Counted from the stretch's first letter, positions 28,946 through 39,474 are shown. The stretch is 64,000 nt of DNA from Fibrobacteria bacterium (GCA_050294405.1 JBNKOC010000028.1:96001-160000); one strand, 5' to 3'. Numbers and translations: made by a program. The notes: generated from the sequence alone by a model not told the origin.

Positions 28946-30193
28946 ATGATTTTTCCTAATAGAAATTGGATAATTTTTTTAGCACTTTTAATAAGTGTGC
29001 AGTTTGCCGCTCACTATAATAAAAATTCGCCATACCTATACTATACAAAGGGGTTGTTTACATTAGAAAACCCCCAATTTAAAGATAATATGTATGGAAT
29101 GGCATTTGGCCCAAATGGGGAAATTATTCACTTTGACGCGGTAAAATATTGGGCAGTGCAGAATTTGTTTGCCGGAAAGTACCGTGGGGATCATCTAGGC
29201 ACAATAAAAAGGCCCGTATACAATTATCTTGTGTCGATGTTTTCAAATTATTTTCACCATATATACATATCCTGGGCGATAAATTTATTGATTTGGCTGG
29301 CAGCATGTTTATTTTCTTATAACATTGCGATTAAAATGTGCGATATGAATAAACATTTTTCGGCGAAACTTTTTTCCGCTTTGGTCGCAAGCGCTCCAGC
29401 ATATGTAAATATTGCGAACCAGCCTATGAGTTATGTATTTGGGTATTCTATTTTTATTATGTTTGTAAGTTACTGCTTAATATTTGAACAAAATGATAAA
29501 AGTGCTTTTTCCGGTTATTTTGGACTTGTATTCTTACTGTTAATTGCAAATTTCACATATGAAATACTGGGCCCAATGTGCATTGGTTTTGCGACTCTAT
29601 TTTTAATTAAGAAGAAAAATATTTTAAAAATTGCCGGATTGTGGATGATTTGGATCTTTTCAAATATTGCCTATAACCAGATTGTATTAAAATGGATTTT
29701 ATCATACAAAAACAAATACACGGTTGATATTGCTGGTGCCGGTATACAAAACGTAATAAGGATTTCATTGGAATCACTCGAGCCAATTTTAAAAACACTA
29801 ATATATCTGGGGTATGGATATTTCTTAAGTTGCCTTTTTTTGATCCCTTTTATTTCATTGTTTGGGTTTTTGAAATTCAATAAAAAGCACTGGAAGTTTT
29901 GGATATGTTGCATGGTATCGGTTTCCGCTCCGCTCTTTTACATGGGAATACACTCAAATACAGTAGATATGTTTAATTTTTACAAATCGGGGAGGGTTGT
30001 TGCTTACTATATGTTGCCGGTTTACTTTGGAGCGGTTTTAGGCACATCTATTTTGTGGGATAGAATCAAATCCACTAATAGTAAAAATCTGGCTCTGGGC
30101 ATAGTTATTGCGTGTTCCTTCTTATATAGCAACTTAGATATATTTGGAGTTAAGTATTTATACCATTTATTTAATTTTAGGCAGGGCTATTGA
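28946..30193 (+). CDS. Polytopic membrane protein (possible GT-C)
   Basis: About 10 TMs; D...RPVY loop motif. Confidence 0.55.
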   Translation: MIFPNRNWIIFLALLISVQFAAHYNKNSPYLYYTKGLFTLENPQFKDNMYGMAFGPNGEIIHFDAVKYWAVQNLFAGKYRGDHLGTIKRPVYNYLVSMFSNYFHHIYISWAINLLIWLAACLFSYNIAIKMCDMNKHFSAKLFSALVASAPAYVNIANQPMSYVFGYSIFIMFVSYCLIFEQNDKSAFSGYFGLVFLLLIANFTYEILGPMCIGFATLFLIKKKNILKIAGLWMIWIFSNIAYNQIVLKWILSYKNKYTVDIAGAGIQNVIRISLESLEPILKTLIYLGYGYFLSCLFLIPFISLFGFLKFNKKHWKFWICCMVSVSAPLFYMGIHSNTVDMFNFYKSGRVVAYYMLPVYFGAVLGTSILWDRIKSTNSKNLALGIVIACSFLYSNLDIFGVKYLYHLFNFRQGY

Positions 30194-30561
30194 ATCTGAG
30201 AATTTATAAAGGACATATAATTATTTATGTCGCGTTTTTTGCGGTAACGCCAGTTGCCTTTATAGGGAAATTGCCTTGGAAATATGAATGGGACTTCGAA
30301 TCATATTTATTAAATGTATTAGCGGCATGGATAGTATATCCATCTCTATATTTTTTTTTAAGATTATTTCTGGTGTCAAAAAGCCGGTTATATGTTCTGT
30401 ATTTATTGGGTGGTGTATATGTTATGCATATATTTCCAATTCGGGCGTTTTCGAAAATTGTATATGGAGAACTTCCTCCCAATTATCTATCCGGGTTTTT
30501 GGGATTGTTCCTGCCAATATTGTATTTCTATATTATAAAGCGCAGATTAAACAAAAACTAA
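30190..30561 (+). CDS. Small membrane hypothetical protein
   Basis: TTG start overlaps the upstream TGA; about 4 hydrophobic segments. Confidence 0.5.
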   Translation: MNLRIYKGHIIIYVAFFAVTPVAFIGKLPWKYEWDFESYLLNVLAAWIVYPSLYFFLRLFLVSKSRLYVLYLLGGVYVMHIFPIRAFSKIVYGELPPNYLSGFLGLFLPILYFYIIKRRLNKN

Positions 30562-31574
30562 ATTTTATTATTTAATAATTTTTGGCCCATCAAAAAATTC
30601 AACTTAAATACCGCGTTTACAAGGATAGATATTCTTAGAAAAATGGAGTTATTAGTTATTAATTTAAAATTAAAATTTTCTGCCAGGGCATTCATTGGTA
30701 ATGGCTGTTTGTTCGCACTATTAGGATGGAAATGCATAAAAGATTTATAAGCTATCAGCTTTTGCCATATAAAGCTCCTTCCCTTTCCAAGTACATAAAT
30801 CCAAATTATTAAATCCATAATAAATAAACTAGGCGATAGTAAAATAAGCGCAGACCAGGAAAAGTGCTTTCGCAAAATATAATAACGCCCGAACTCTTGA
30901 AAAAAGACTTTTTTTGGGGACATTTTAAAATGGTAGTCGTGGAATACTATGGCGTTATTAGCGTGTAATATTTCATATCCGCTTTTTTGGATTCTTACAG
31001 ACAGCTCGGTATCTTCACAATATAAAAATAAATTAGGGTCAAAACCCTCCAGATTAGAGAATAGATCTTTTGAAATACAAAAACACGCCCCTGAGATAGC
31101 ATAGATTTCCTTAAATTTTAAATTAGGATCATGTAGCTCTTGGTAGGCATTTAATGTTCCTAATCCGGTAAAATGGATAATATTACCGCAGGTGTTAATT
31201 TTTGTTTTTTCCTTCATTTGAAGAATAGTTGGAATAATAATTTGTCGATCATTCGCAAGTTGAGGAAATAAATTAATGAAAAAATCAGATTTGATTTCAG
31301 AATCTGGATTTAAAAAAATCAAATACCTGCCATTGGCAGTTTTAGCGCCTAGATTACAACCTTGTCCGAATCCAGTGTTTTTATTTTGTATTAAACGGAC
31401 TTCTTTAAATTGATGGGAGATTAATTCACGAGAATGATCCGTGCTTCCATTGTCAACTACAATGATTTCCAGTTTAAAACCGCTGCGGGCGTTTAAAATT
31501 GAATTAATGCAATTATTTAAATAATGCTCTGAGTTGTGGCTGACAATAATGATGCTAAAATTGATTTTATCCAT
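30558..31574 (-). CDS. Glycosyltransferase family 2
   Basis: IIVVDNGSTD, NTGFGQGCNLG, FLNPD, SGACF, FLYCEDTE. Confidence 0.9.
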   Translation of the reverse strand: MDKINFSIIIVSHNSEHYLNNCINSILNARSGFKLEIIVVDNGSTDHSRELISHQFKEVRLIQNKNTGFGQGCNLGAKTANGRYLIFLNPDSEIKSDFFINLFPQLANDRQIIIPTILQMKEKTKINTCGNIIHFTGLGTLNAYQELHDPNLKFKEIYAISGACFCISKDLFSNLEGFDPNLFLYCEDTELSVRIQKSGYEILHANNAIVFHDYHFKMSPKKVFFQEFGRYYILRKHFSWSALILLSPSLFIMDLIIWIYVLGKGRSFIWQKLIAYKSFMHFHPNSANKQPLPMNALAENFNFKLITNNSIFLRISILVNAVFKLNFLMGQKLLNNKI

Positions 31575-32538
31575 GCCTAAAAAACATATCTTGCATAATG
31601 CTTTTAATACCGTAGGAATATTTAAAGTAGTTCAGATTTAAACATTCTCTTGCTATAATGACCCATTTGTTAAATTTGCTTCTTTCAATTAGAACTCGAT
31701 TAGATAGATGGGTTATCTTCTTTTGTAATAGTCTAGTTTTATTATTGTTGCATAGTTCCACAGGAAGACGGGCTTTAAGTTCCTTAAACAATGCTAATTG
31801 TTCGTAAAAATATTTATGGCTCATCTTTGACCTGGCAAAAACAAACTGTTCCCAAAGACTTCTTTTTTTTATTCCAATTTGATTATTCCCGTGAATTCTG
31901 TATTTAATAAGCGGCTCTGGAATAATATTCGGGGAGCCTACAAAAGATGCCATTAATCCAACCCATGCGTCATGAACGCTATGCAAACTCGGGAATGGCA
32001 TTAAATAGGATAGGAGCTGTCTGCGAAAGGCCAAGGTATTTCCAGAGGTCACATTGTGTTTCAATAAAAATGTAAAGGACTCCCCTTTTTCCGCCAACGA
32101 TCTTTCTTTATTTGTAAACCAAAGCGCATCCCAAAGAGTATTTTTGCTAACATTTAAGGACTCATCGCAAATAAAACCATTAGAGTAAAACAAATTAACA
32201 GATGGGTTATTCTTAAAAGCATTTATAGTGATTTCTATTTTTTGGGATAGCCAAAAATCATCTTGATCGCATAGAAAAATAATATCACCGTGGCATTCGG
32301 AAATTGCTTTTTCAAAATTCTTTGTTATGCCCAACTTTTTGGGATTTTCGAATATGTAAATTGGAATGGAAGACTTCTGTTTCCATTCATTTGCTATTAT
32401 TAGGGTAGAGTCATCGCTTTTATCATCACTAATTATTATTTCATCCGGTAAGAAAGTTTGCTGATGTATACTGGATAGCTGTTGCTCAAGGTATTTTGCG
32501 CCATTGCGGCATGCCATTGCAATTGATATTTTAGTCAT
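31567..32538 (-). CDS. Glycosyltransferase family 2 (rhamnosyltransferase-like)
   Basis: NGAKYL.QQL.SI, SDD.S.D, LCDQDDFW, HDAW, YRIHGNNQIG; start ATG 32538 overlaps the upstream stop. Confidence 0.9.
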   Translation of the reverse strand: MTKISIAMACRNGAKYLEQQLSSIHQQTFLPDEIIISDDKSDDSTLIIANEWKQKSSIPIYIFENPKKLGITKNFEKAISECHGDIIFLCDQDDFWLSQKIEITINAFKNNPSVNLFYSNGFICDESLNVSKNTLWDALWFTNKERSLAEKGESFTFLLKHNVTSGNTLAFRRQLLSYLMPFPSLHSVHDAWVGLMASFVGSPNIIPEPLIKYRIHGNNQIGIKKRSLWEQFVFARSKMSHKYFYEQLALFKELKARLPVELCNNNKTRLLQKKITHLSNRVLIERSKFNKWVIIARECLNLNYFKYSYGIKSIMQDMFFRHG

Positions 32539-33524
32539 AATTCCGCAATAGCAAAAACTTCTTCTCCAGATGTCTTTGTTACGCAATTAACTGCGTATTC
32601 AAAAATCCAAAAGCAGAAAGCAAATGGCTGCAAAAATGTTTTAATTACGGAATAACTTTTCCGGGTTGGAGAAATTTTTAAAAAAATCAAAATACTTGAA
32701 TAAAACATGTAAAACGCAAACCCTGAAACAGTGAAAGTTTTTGAATTTATAAAGCCAGCATTTTCCAATAATAATTTTAGACTTTTCTCGCTAAATACTT
32801 GAATGTGCGTTGGTGGTTCTAAACCCCTCCAATATTTCCCAAAAATAGCTTTAGACAAACTTTTTGAATTTGGCGTAGAAATTACAAGTTTACCCGTTGG
32901 TTGAATATGATCCTTTAAGGAAATCAATACTTCAAGAGGGTTGTCGAGATGTTCTATAACATGCATCATTGATATTATATCAAACTTTTCATTATTAATT
33001 TGATTTAAACTTCCGTAAATGCGATGGGTCATTAAAATTTCTTTTGCAATATCTTGGGCCTTTATATCAGGATCAATACCAGCGATTGCACTTTTAAAAT
33101 ATTTAAACTTCCAAAGAAATTCCCCGGTACCGCATCCAAAATCTAAGATTGATTTATTGATTATGTTTTGTTGGAACAAAACGCCTCTCATACCAATTTC
33201 CTTGGTGAGGGGGAAATAGTAAAGAATCGAACCAACCAGTTTGTCGGCAAAATTTATGGGAAGAGAAACTTTCAAAATTTTAGAGGATAAGGCAACTTGT
33301 ATCCACATACGAAGCCGGCTTTTTACGTTTGGGTATGAATGCGTATAATATTTCGCATAATTAGTTACAAACGAATTTTGAATTTTAGCTTTACTCAGCC
33401 AAATATGTTTACAAGATTGGCATTGGAAATAATTCCATGTTCCTGGTTTTCCGTATAAAACATCAGGAATTTCTTTAAAGCCCAATTGGCTTTTTGTGCC
33501 GCAAGATGGACAGCGTTCAATCAA
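32535..33524 (-). CDS. Class I SAM methyltransferase with N-terminal Zn ribbon
   Basis: CPSC..CQSC, LDFGCGTG, HVIEHLDNP, STPN, PPTH. Confidence 0.88.
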   Translation of the reverse strand: MIERCPSCGTKSQLGFKEIPDVLYGKPGTWNYFQCQSCKHIWLSKAKIQNSFVTNYAKYYTHSYPNVKSRLRMWIQVALSSKILKVSLPINFADKLVGSILYYFPLTKEIGMRGVLFQQNIINKSILDFGCGTGEFLWKFKYFKSAIAGIDPDIKAQDIAKEILMTHRIYGSLNQINNEKFDIISMMHVIEHLDNPLEVLISLKDHIQPTGKLVISTPNSKSLSKAIFGKYWRGLEPPTHIQVFSEKSLKLLLENAGFINSKTFTVSGFAFYMFYSSILIFLKISPTRKSYSVIKTFLQPFAFCFWIFEYAVNCVTKTSGEEVFAIAEL

Positions 33525-34957
33525 TTTGGCTCCCTTACTCTTCGCAGCTTTGATAGACTATATGGGATTACCCAAAATTGGATTGAAAAGACGATAATTC
33601 CATATAAAACAAATACTAATTTTTTTGATTCAAAAAAACTTAAAAAGACCCCGACTAGCACTGAAATCAAATGGAAATATAAAGAAAACTTTGTGCTTGA
33701 TGACAAACCCAGGATTGGTATTCTGGGCAAAAGTTGGAGAATTGGAATTATTAAAAAAATACTTGCAAAGAATAAAACCCCAACCTCTCCTCCAATTATG
33801 TAAAAAGGGACTATAAAGACTGGAAATTTAAGTATTTCAAATATTGATAATAACCCCCTATTTTTTTCATTTAAAATTATTTGATCACAAATATTTTTTA
33901 CACTGTCGAGGGTAATTGAGCCTACTAATAATACTAATAGTCCCAATTGAACGGGTTTACCATATAATTGAGTAAAAATCAGCTTAGAAAAAATACTCAA
34001 AAATATTAAATAAAGAATATATATATAAGTGACAACCTGGATTAATATTGAAAGCAATTCAATGGAATGGTTTCTATTCATAGTTGCGGATTTGGTACGG
34101 GCAATTATGGGAAACCAGGCTACGGTAATTGGCTGTATGAGCAGTCTTATTACTAATCCAAATTGTAACATTATTTGGACCATGGATATTACATGGAGAT
34201 CTTTAGTAAAACTAGCTAATACTAGTAAGGAATAGGATTGGAATCCGGTGCTGGATAAAAATGGTATGAAAAATAAAATTGATTCTTTATAATAACTCAA
34301 GATGTTAAATTTGTGAAATTTAAATTTCAGGCCATGTTTATATATAAAGAAAAAAATCGCAAAGAGAGAAAGAATTATTGAAAATCCCGAGAATACTGAA
34401 ATTATCAATGGAAAGGAGTATTGGACTTTTGCAAAGACGCAAATTATTATACCAATGGTCCAGAGCGGTTGGTTGAAAATGCTTAGCAAAAGCAAAAAAC
34501 CACCTTTTTCCAAGCCAATTGCTAACATAGACCCGAATCGGGCCATTACCCCTGCAACAATCCAAATTATTATATGTGTGGATGTATTACTGTTAAATGC
34601 AGTATCAGAATTAAAAATACGAGGTAATAAGTATCCAGCAATTAAGCAAATTAAGCTTATGGGAATTATTGAGGTTAAAGCTTTATATACAGCATTTGAA
34701 ATTTCAATATTTGATTTGCATGAGGCTATCTCCTTGACTCCTAATTTACTGGTAATTCCAAAATCGGACACTAATATCAATATATTAGCGACGGAGAGAT
34801 ACAAAACATAAGCGCCATGTTCCTCAACGGACCAGTATTTTAGGGCGAGAATATTAATTAAAAAAACGCTTAAATTGGCAATAAGTTGTGAAATAAAAAC
34901 CAAGCCACTAAATTTAAAAAGTGACTCGAGGATGGATTGGTTTAAATTTCCTTTCAT
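33521..34957 (-). CDS. Wzx-like oligosaccharide flippase
   Basis: 12-14 TMs, EEHGAY..., SDFGI; glycan operon context. Confidence 0.75.
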   Translation of the reverse strand: MKGNLNQSILESLFKFSGLVFISQLIANLSVFLINILALKYWSVEEHGAYVLYLSVANILILVSDFGITSKLGVKEIASCKSNIEISNAVYKALTSIIPISLICLIAGYLLPRIFNSDTAFNSNTSTHIIIWIVAGVMARFGSMLAIGLEKGGFLLLLSIFNQPLWTIGIIICVFAKVQYSFPLIISVFSGFSIILSLFAIFFFIYKHGLKFKFHKFNILSYYKESILFFIPFLSSTGFQSYSLLVLASFTKDLHVISMVQIMLQFGLVIRLLIQPITVAWFPIIARTKSATMNRNHSIELLSILIQVVTYIYILYLIFLSIFSKLIFTQLYGKPVQLGLLVLLVGSITLDSVKNICDQIILNEKNRGLLSIFEILKFPVFIVPFYIIGGEVGVLFFASIFLIIPILQLLPRIPILGLSSSTKFSLYFHLISVLVGVFLSFFESKKLVFVLYGIIVFSIQFWVIPYSLSKLRRVREPN

Positions 34958-35982
34958 TTGTTATAGTGATCAATGTTTAATAAATCCATATTGTGGTTAT
35001 CCCATTTAGGACCCATTTGGATTAAGTAGCAACTTTTATTTTTATATAATTTTCCTAAAGCTTTTCTAAGGCCATCCCATATTCGCTCATGGTTAAAATC
35101 CGGGAATAAAGTATCCATTGCTATGAAAGGAGCGTAAATTGGGTAGCGACTGTGAATTTTCACAAGGGTTTCGTTTTTGCAGTTAAAAACTGTATGGCTA
35201 ACCGCTTGCGATTCAGAAATCTCAGAGATACTTGAATTTTTGCTTTTCGCTCGAATGACGACATACAGCTGTTTTAAATTGCAACTTTCAGCAACATTAA
35301 ATTTTCTTGGTATTGGGAAAAAATGATAATAGGCCATACGTACCAGTCGCAGAGGAGTCAAATATTCATCCCTTAGATACTGAGTTCTAAAGGCAAAGGT
35401 GTTTAGGCTAACAGGCATGCAATTTAAACTGTTTGAATCTATTAAAATTTGATCATCTCCAAGGAAGTCAAATCCGCTATTGACTAGGTTCATAGCATAG
35501 CTGGTTTTTAAACCCGATCCATAGCCTGTAAACATATAGCCGTTTCCATGTATGCTACATGCTGAAGCATGAATAATATACTTTTGCATTCTGGACCAAA
35601 TTAACTCTGTGCAGGGTTTAAATATGAACCAAAAGAGGACCCAATCCAAATACATTAACCAGGGGAAAAAAAGTATTCCCGTTTTATTATAATCAAATTT
35701 TACGGTAATTCGGTCGGAGTTAATGCCGTACCATGCTGTTTTCCATTGGAACCCCTTCCAGGTATTTGTAAAAAACATGTCATTTCCATTGGAATAAAAT
35801 GTATGATCGAAATTCGCCCAGCTGTCGATTTTACAATTAAAGGGCCCAACTATTATTTTTAGATTTGGAGTATCGTGAAATTTGTCAACTTTAAAAAAAG
35901 ATAACTTGTGAAACATCCATGGTATAGGATCGGAAATGTCCAATTCGAATTTTAAATCGTGTATTTTATAGTAGTGTTTCAC
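34954..35982 (-). CDS. HPr-kinase-like P-loop protein 3
   Basis: IIHASAC...GYGSGLKTS...FLGDD. Confidence 0.65.
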   Translation of the reverse strand: MKHYYKIHDLKFELDISDPIPWMFHKLSFFKVDKFHDTPNLKIIVGPFNCKIDSWANFDHTFYSNGNDMFFTNTWKGFQWKTAWYGINSDRITVKFDYNKTGILFFPWLMYLDWVLFWFIFKPCTELIWSRMQKYIIHASACSIHGNGYMFTGYGSGLKTSYAMNLVNSGFDFLGDDQILIDSNSLNCMPVSLNTFAFRTQYLRDEYLTPLRLVRMAYYHFFPIPRKFNVAESCNLKQLYVVIRAKSKNSSISEISESQAVSHTVFNCKNETLVKIHSRYPIYAPFIAMDTLFPDFNHERIWDGLRKALGKLYKNKSCYLIQMGPKWDNHNMDLLNIDHYNK

Positions 35983-37016
35983 GTATTAATATTATTTAAT
36001 AGTTCGTCCCATTGAGATGATGTTGGTATTGTAGGAATGTCCACTTCAATAAATTCGAGCTGCCTTAATTCCAGGTTTAATAATTTTTCTTGCTCATCCC
36101 AATAATTAGCAAAAATAGAATTGGGATAAGCAAAGCAAATGCTGTTCAGCTCAACATTCAAAAATGCCAGGTCAAATTTATTTCCGTTCAAAACTTTAGA
36201 TGCAACGGAATCAAGGCTTACATCGGTTTTCACCTTAAAAGGGTTTTGGCTTTGTAAATAATAAAATTTAGAACCGCTGGTGATTTTATGCGGTGAACAA
36301 TTTGTTGTATTTGCTATGATATTTGGCATCAAGTTTACTCGGCCAAGCGAAATCTTCGATATAACGTTTGCAAGTAATAATTGGAGCTTATACTTAAACC
36401 TAATATTCTTAACGTTCGGATCTATGCGGTCGAATTTCAAATTCACAGGAGTATTTAATCCGTAGATTTTTTTGTTTTTAATAAAAACCCTGTCCTCGGA
36501 AATTATTTCATATCCCATTTTTTTAAGCTTATTTAAAATTGTGCTTTTTCCCACTCCTCTACGCCCGGCCGTAATAATTAATTTTTCTTCCTTGACTGCT
36601 GAAGAAGCGTGAATCGGACAAAAGCCTTTTATGGTTAAGAGAAAAAAAACTATGGATCCTATGTATAAATCTACCAATGGCCACAGTCCTAAAAAATTGC
36701 AATTGACAAATAATTCGGCATGGTCAGGGTTTTCAAATATGAATTTGATTTTAAATTGACTCAGTTTGCTGCGATAGTTGCTTTCAATATAATTTTCTCC
36801 AACGCACATATTATTGAACAGGAATCCATTTTTATTTTTAGGGATTTGCCTGGAGTATGTTATAGTTAACTGTATGTTGCTATTATCCTTGTAGTTATCG
36901 CAAAGATATGCTTTATATTTATTTCGTATTTTTTTCGAGAATAAACGGTTTTTTCCTGGATCAACCTTAATAACAAATTCATCAAAAATATTGAAGTATA
37001 TATAGGGGTTATTCAT
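35979..37016 (-). CDS. HPr-kinase-like P-loop protein 2
   Basis: PIHASSA...GRRGVGKST...ISEDR; start set at ATG 37016, overlapping the upstream stop. Confidence 0.7.
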   Translation of the reverse strand: MNNPYIYFNIFDEFVIKVDPGKNRLFSKKIRNKYKAYLCDNYKDNSNIQLTITYSRQIPKNKNGFLFNNMCVGENYIESNYRSKLSQFKIKFIFENPDHAELFVNCNFLGLWPLVDLYIGSIVFFLLTIKGFCPIHASSAVKEEKLIITAGRRGVGKSTILNKLKKMGYEIISEDRVFIKNKKIYGLNTPVNLKFDRIDPNVKNIRFKYKLQLLLANVISKISLGRVNLMPNIIANTTNCSPHKITSGSKFYYLQSQNPFKVKTDVSLDSVASKVLNGNKFDLAFLNVELNSICFAYPNSIFANYWDEQEKLLNLELRQLEFIEVDIPTIPTSSQWDELLNNINT

Positions 37017-37935
37017 ACAGTCTGCCCAAATCTGCATCATCGATGTATTGCTTCGTATTCGCATGCCAAAGTTGGTGATTTGTTAAATATGCCTGTAATA
37101 ATTTTTCATTTTTATTAAAAAATTGGGGGAGTTCATAACCCTCAATTTCATTTAAAATTTTTTCTAAAAAACTTAGGCAAGGGTTCGTGCTGTTGGCCCA
37201 ATTTTGCATAAGCATATATGCCATCTTCTCCGCGGAAATAATTTCTAAGGAATTCGCATTTGATTTTTGAAGAAATAAAATATTCCCTTGTTTGTCCTTA
37301 GTTATGCTCCTGTGTGGCTTCGGCAAACTGGCTATTGGCAATAATAAACTTATCTTCCCATTGGAACAAAAAAACACCAACTTTGATACAAGATGAGATA
37401 TATATTCAATTGGTTTCCTGTTTTTTTTTATAAAGTTATAAGAATTATGGCGTAATGTAATTGGAAGGGGCACACCCATTAAGACCCCATCTCCGATCAG
37501 AGCAAAATCATCAGTTTGCCATTTAAATTTTTTTTTAATTAATTTTAATAGAGCTGTGCTTTTACCGGTTCCTGAGCTTCCAGAAATAACTATGGGGGTA
37601 TGAAATTCAGAGAGAGCCAAAATTCCATGGATAGCAACTATTTTTTTTTTAAAATAAATAAACCATATTAATGCCATTGTAATATATTTAATATTTGCAA
37701 TGCTAATTCTGGGTAAAAAATCCAAGGAGAACCTAAAGCTAATATTAGGATCTTCATCGGATATCGATCGAGCTGAAAACATTTTTTTTTTAAAATCTAT
37801 TTGAACCAAAAAATCAGATGGGAGCGGAGGTTTTAAAAAATAAAAAAATTGATTTAATCTCCATCTTTGCAAGCAATTGTTACAAATCACTTGTAACTTA
37901 ATTTGGCCAGGAAAAAAATATTCAACATAAGCCAT
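37009..37935 (-). CDS. HPr-kinase-like P-loop protein 1
   Basis: AIHGILA...GSSGTGKST...QTDDF. Confidence 0.7.
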   Translation of the reverse strand: MAYVEYFFPGQIKLQVICNNCLQRWRLNQFFYFLKPPLPSDFLVQIDFKKKMFSARSISDEDPNISFRFSLDFLPRISIANIKYITMALIWFIYFKKKIVAIHGILALSEFHTPIVISGSSGTGKSTALLKLIKKKFKWQTDDFALIGDGVLMGVPLPITLRHNSYNFIKKNRKPIEYISHLVSKLVFFCSNGKISLLLPIASLPKPHRSITKDKQGNILFLQKSNANSLEIISAEKMAYMLMQNWANSTNPCLSFLEKILNEIEGYELPQFFNKNEKLLQAYLTNHQLWHANTKQYIDDADLGRLYE

Positions 37936-37940
37936 AATGT

Positions 37941-38408
37941 TTATTTTACCGTTTGGCAGGCTTCATGTAAAAACTTTTCTAATTGGTTGCGGTCGCCCAA
38001 TTTGTGAGCAATAGGTTTGGTTTTTCTGGCATCCTCAATGGCTTGCTCAAGCTCGGAAATTTCCAGGACAACGGGAAATTTATAATTTTCTTTAAGCCAA
38101 AAAGAAAACTCTACCTGGTGATCATTAATATGTTCTTTATGTTTTTTTTGTCTTGGAACAACAACCAATGGCTTATTCAGCTCGATAACTTCGACCATAG
38201 ACATAGCGCCATGGGTTACGACTAAATCCGCTTGATTTATAAACTCTTTCAGATTAGAAATTTCATCATGGTGTTCACAATTGGAAAATTTGTGGGCACC
38301 AGCATGTCCCTGTATAATAATCTTTTCTTTGCTTTTTGCAGCAATGGTATCCATTTCGCTAAATAATCTGCGGAATGGTAGGTAATAACCCGTGATTACT
38401 AGAATCAT
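37941..38408 (-). CDS. PssE/Cps14G (Alg13-like) glycosyltransferase subunit
   Basis: MILVITG...F.RL, ADLVVTHG, VVPRQKKHKEHINDHQ. Confidence 0.88.
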   Translation of the reverse strand: MILVITGYYLPFRRLFSEMDTIAAKSKEKIIIQGHAGAHKFSNCEHHDEISNLKEFINQADLVVTHGAMSMVEVIELNKPLVVVPRQKKHKEHINDHQVEFSFWLKENYKFPVVLEISELEQAIEDARKTKPIAHKLGDRNQLEKFLHEACQTVK

Positions 38409-38410
38409 GT

Positions 38411-38848
38411 TTAAAATACTCTGCCTTGATACTGGGCCTTTTTGCCATATTTTTTGAGAAGGCCTTTATGTTGGACCAAAAAAATGGAACTTAAATAATA
38501 GAGCAACTTCCCAGTCTGGGTTGGCTCGTGCAAACGAGTTACCGTTTCTATAAAAATTGTTGGGATGCCAAAAAATTTGGCGATAATAAAGCAGGGAACC
38601 GCGATTTCCGCACCTGTAGAAATGATTAGTTTTGGGCGCTCCCTAAACAGAATTTTGAAGGATTGAATAAAACATTTAACAATAACATGAGGCCGAAATG
38701 GATATATATCCACACTAAAATGTGGAAAAGGTAGTTTTCTGTCGGTTGGGTTTGTTATTATAAAAGAGTTATTATCCGATAAAAATTTGTTCAACATTAA
38801 CAATTCACCTAGATGGCCACCAATAGTTGCGACTACACAAATTTTCAT
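38411..38848 (-). CDS. PssD/Cps14F (Alg14-like) glycosyltransferase subunit
   Basis: GGHL.EL, ERPKLIISTGA, FIET..R, LVQH. Confidence 0.9.
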   Translation of the reverse strand: MKICVVATIGGHLGELLMLNKFLSDNNSFIITNPTDRKLPFPHFSVDIYPFRPHVIVKCFIQSFKILFRERPKLIISTGAEIAVPCFIIAKFFGIPTIFIETVTRLHEPTQTGKLLYYLSSIFLVQHKGLLKKYGKKAQYQGRVF

Positions 38849-39474
38849 TTTTTGTTTTTAAATTTCCTATACATAGATAAAATAAAAGGAGGGGCAAGAT
38901 TTAAAATAAACTGATAGAACTCAAATGGAAAATGTAATTGAGAGAACTTATCATCAATTTTATGAAAAACCTTTGAGTTTATCGGATCTTTTTGTCCAAT
39001 TCCGAATATTGAATAGGGAAACATTTTATCACCTTGAAACCCGGTCCAGGAGTGCCCAAAATTTTGCAGCAAACTGCTAAAAGCTTGCGGTGTGAACCTC
39101 CAATAATCATGAGGATAGCTGTGGATTGGAAAATTCATGCAGGAGGATAAAATAACAATGCCGCCTGGCTTTAATATTCGATATACCTCATCCATTGCCT
39201 TATACGGATATTCCACATGCTCAAGGGTGTCGAGCAATATGACAGTCCCCATAGAATTATCATCAAGACCAATCTGATGCAAATTAAGGACTTTATCTAC
39301 CCCTGGACCATCACGCATATCGGCGCCAATATATTTTTTGTTGGGAAATAAATGTTTAACATTACATAGCATTCCGTTTTCTTGAACTTGTAGAGCCCCA
39401 AACTCAATAACGGGCTCGGAGACAGGAAATTCTTGAACTGCCCATTCTGCAAATTTTAAAATGGATGGTCTCAT
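38845..39474 (-). CDS. Methyltransferase (type 11-like)
   Basis: GADMRDGPGVD, TLEHVEYP, LKPGG, FPIHSYPHDYWRFT. Confidence 0.85.
   Translation of the reverse strand: MRPSILKFAEWAVQEFPVSEPVIEFGALQVQENGMLCNVKHLFPNKKYIGADMRDGPGVDKVLNLHQIGLDDNSMGTVILLDTLEHVEYPYKAMDEVYRILKPGGIVILSSCMNFPIHSYPHDYWRFTPQAFSSLLQNFGHSWTGFQGDKMFPYSIFGIGQKDPINSKVFHKIDDKFSQLHFPFEFYQFILNLAPPFILSMYRKFKNKK

Noticed and set aside
34954..37935. Lasso-peptide or other RiPP cluster suggested by the HprK-like kinases
   Set aside because: No precursor, PqqD/RRE, B2 protease or asparagine-synthetase-like cyclase nearby
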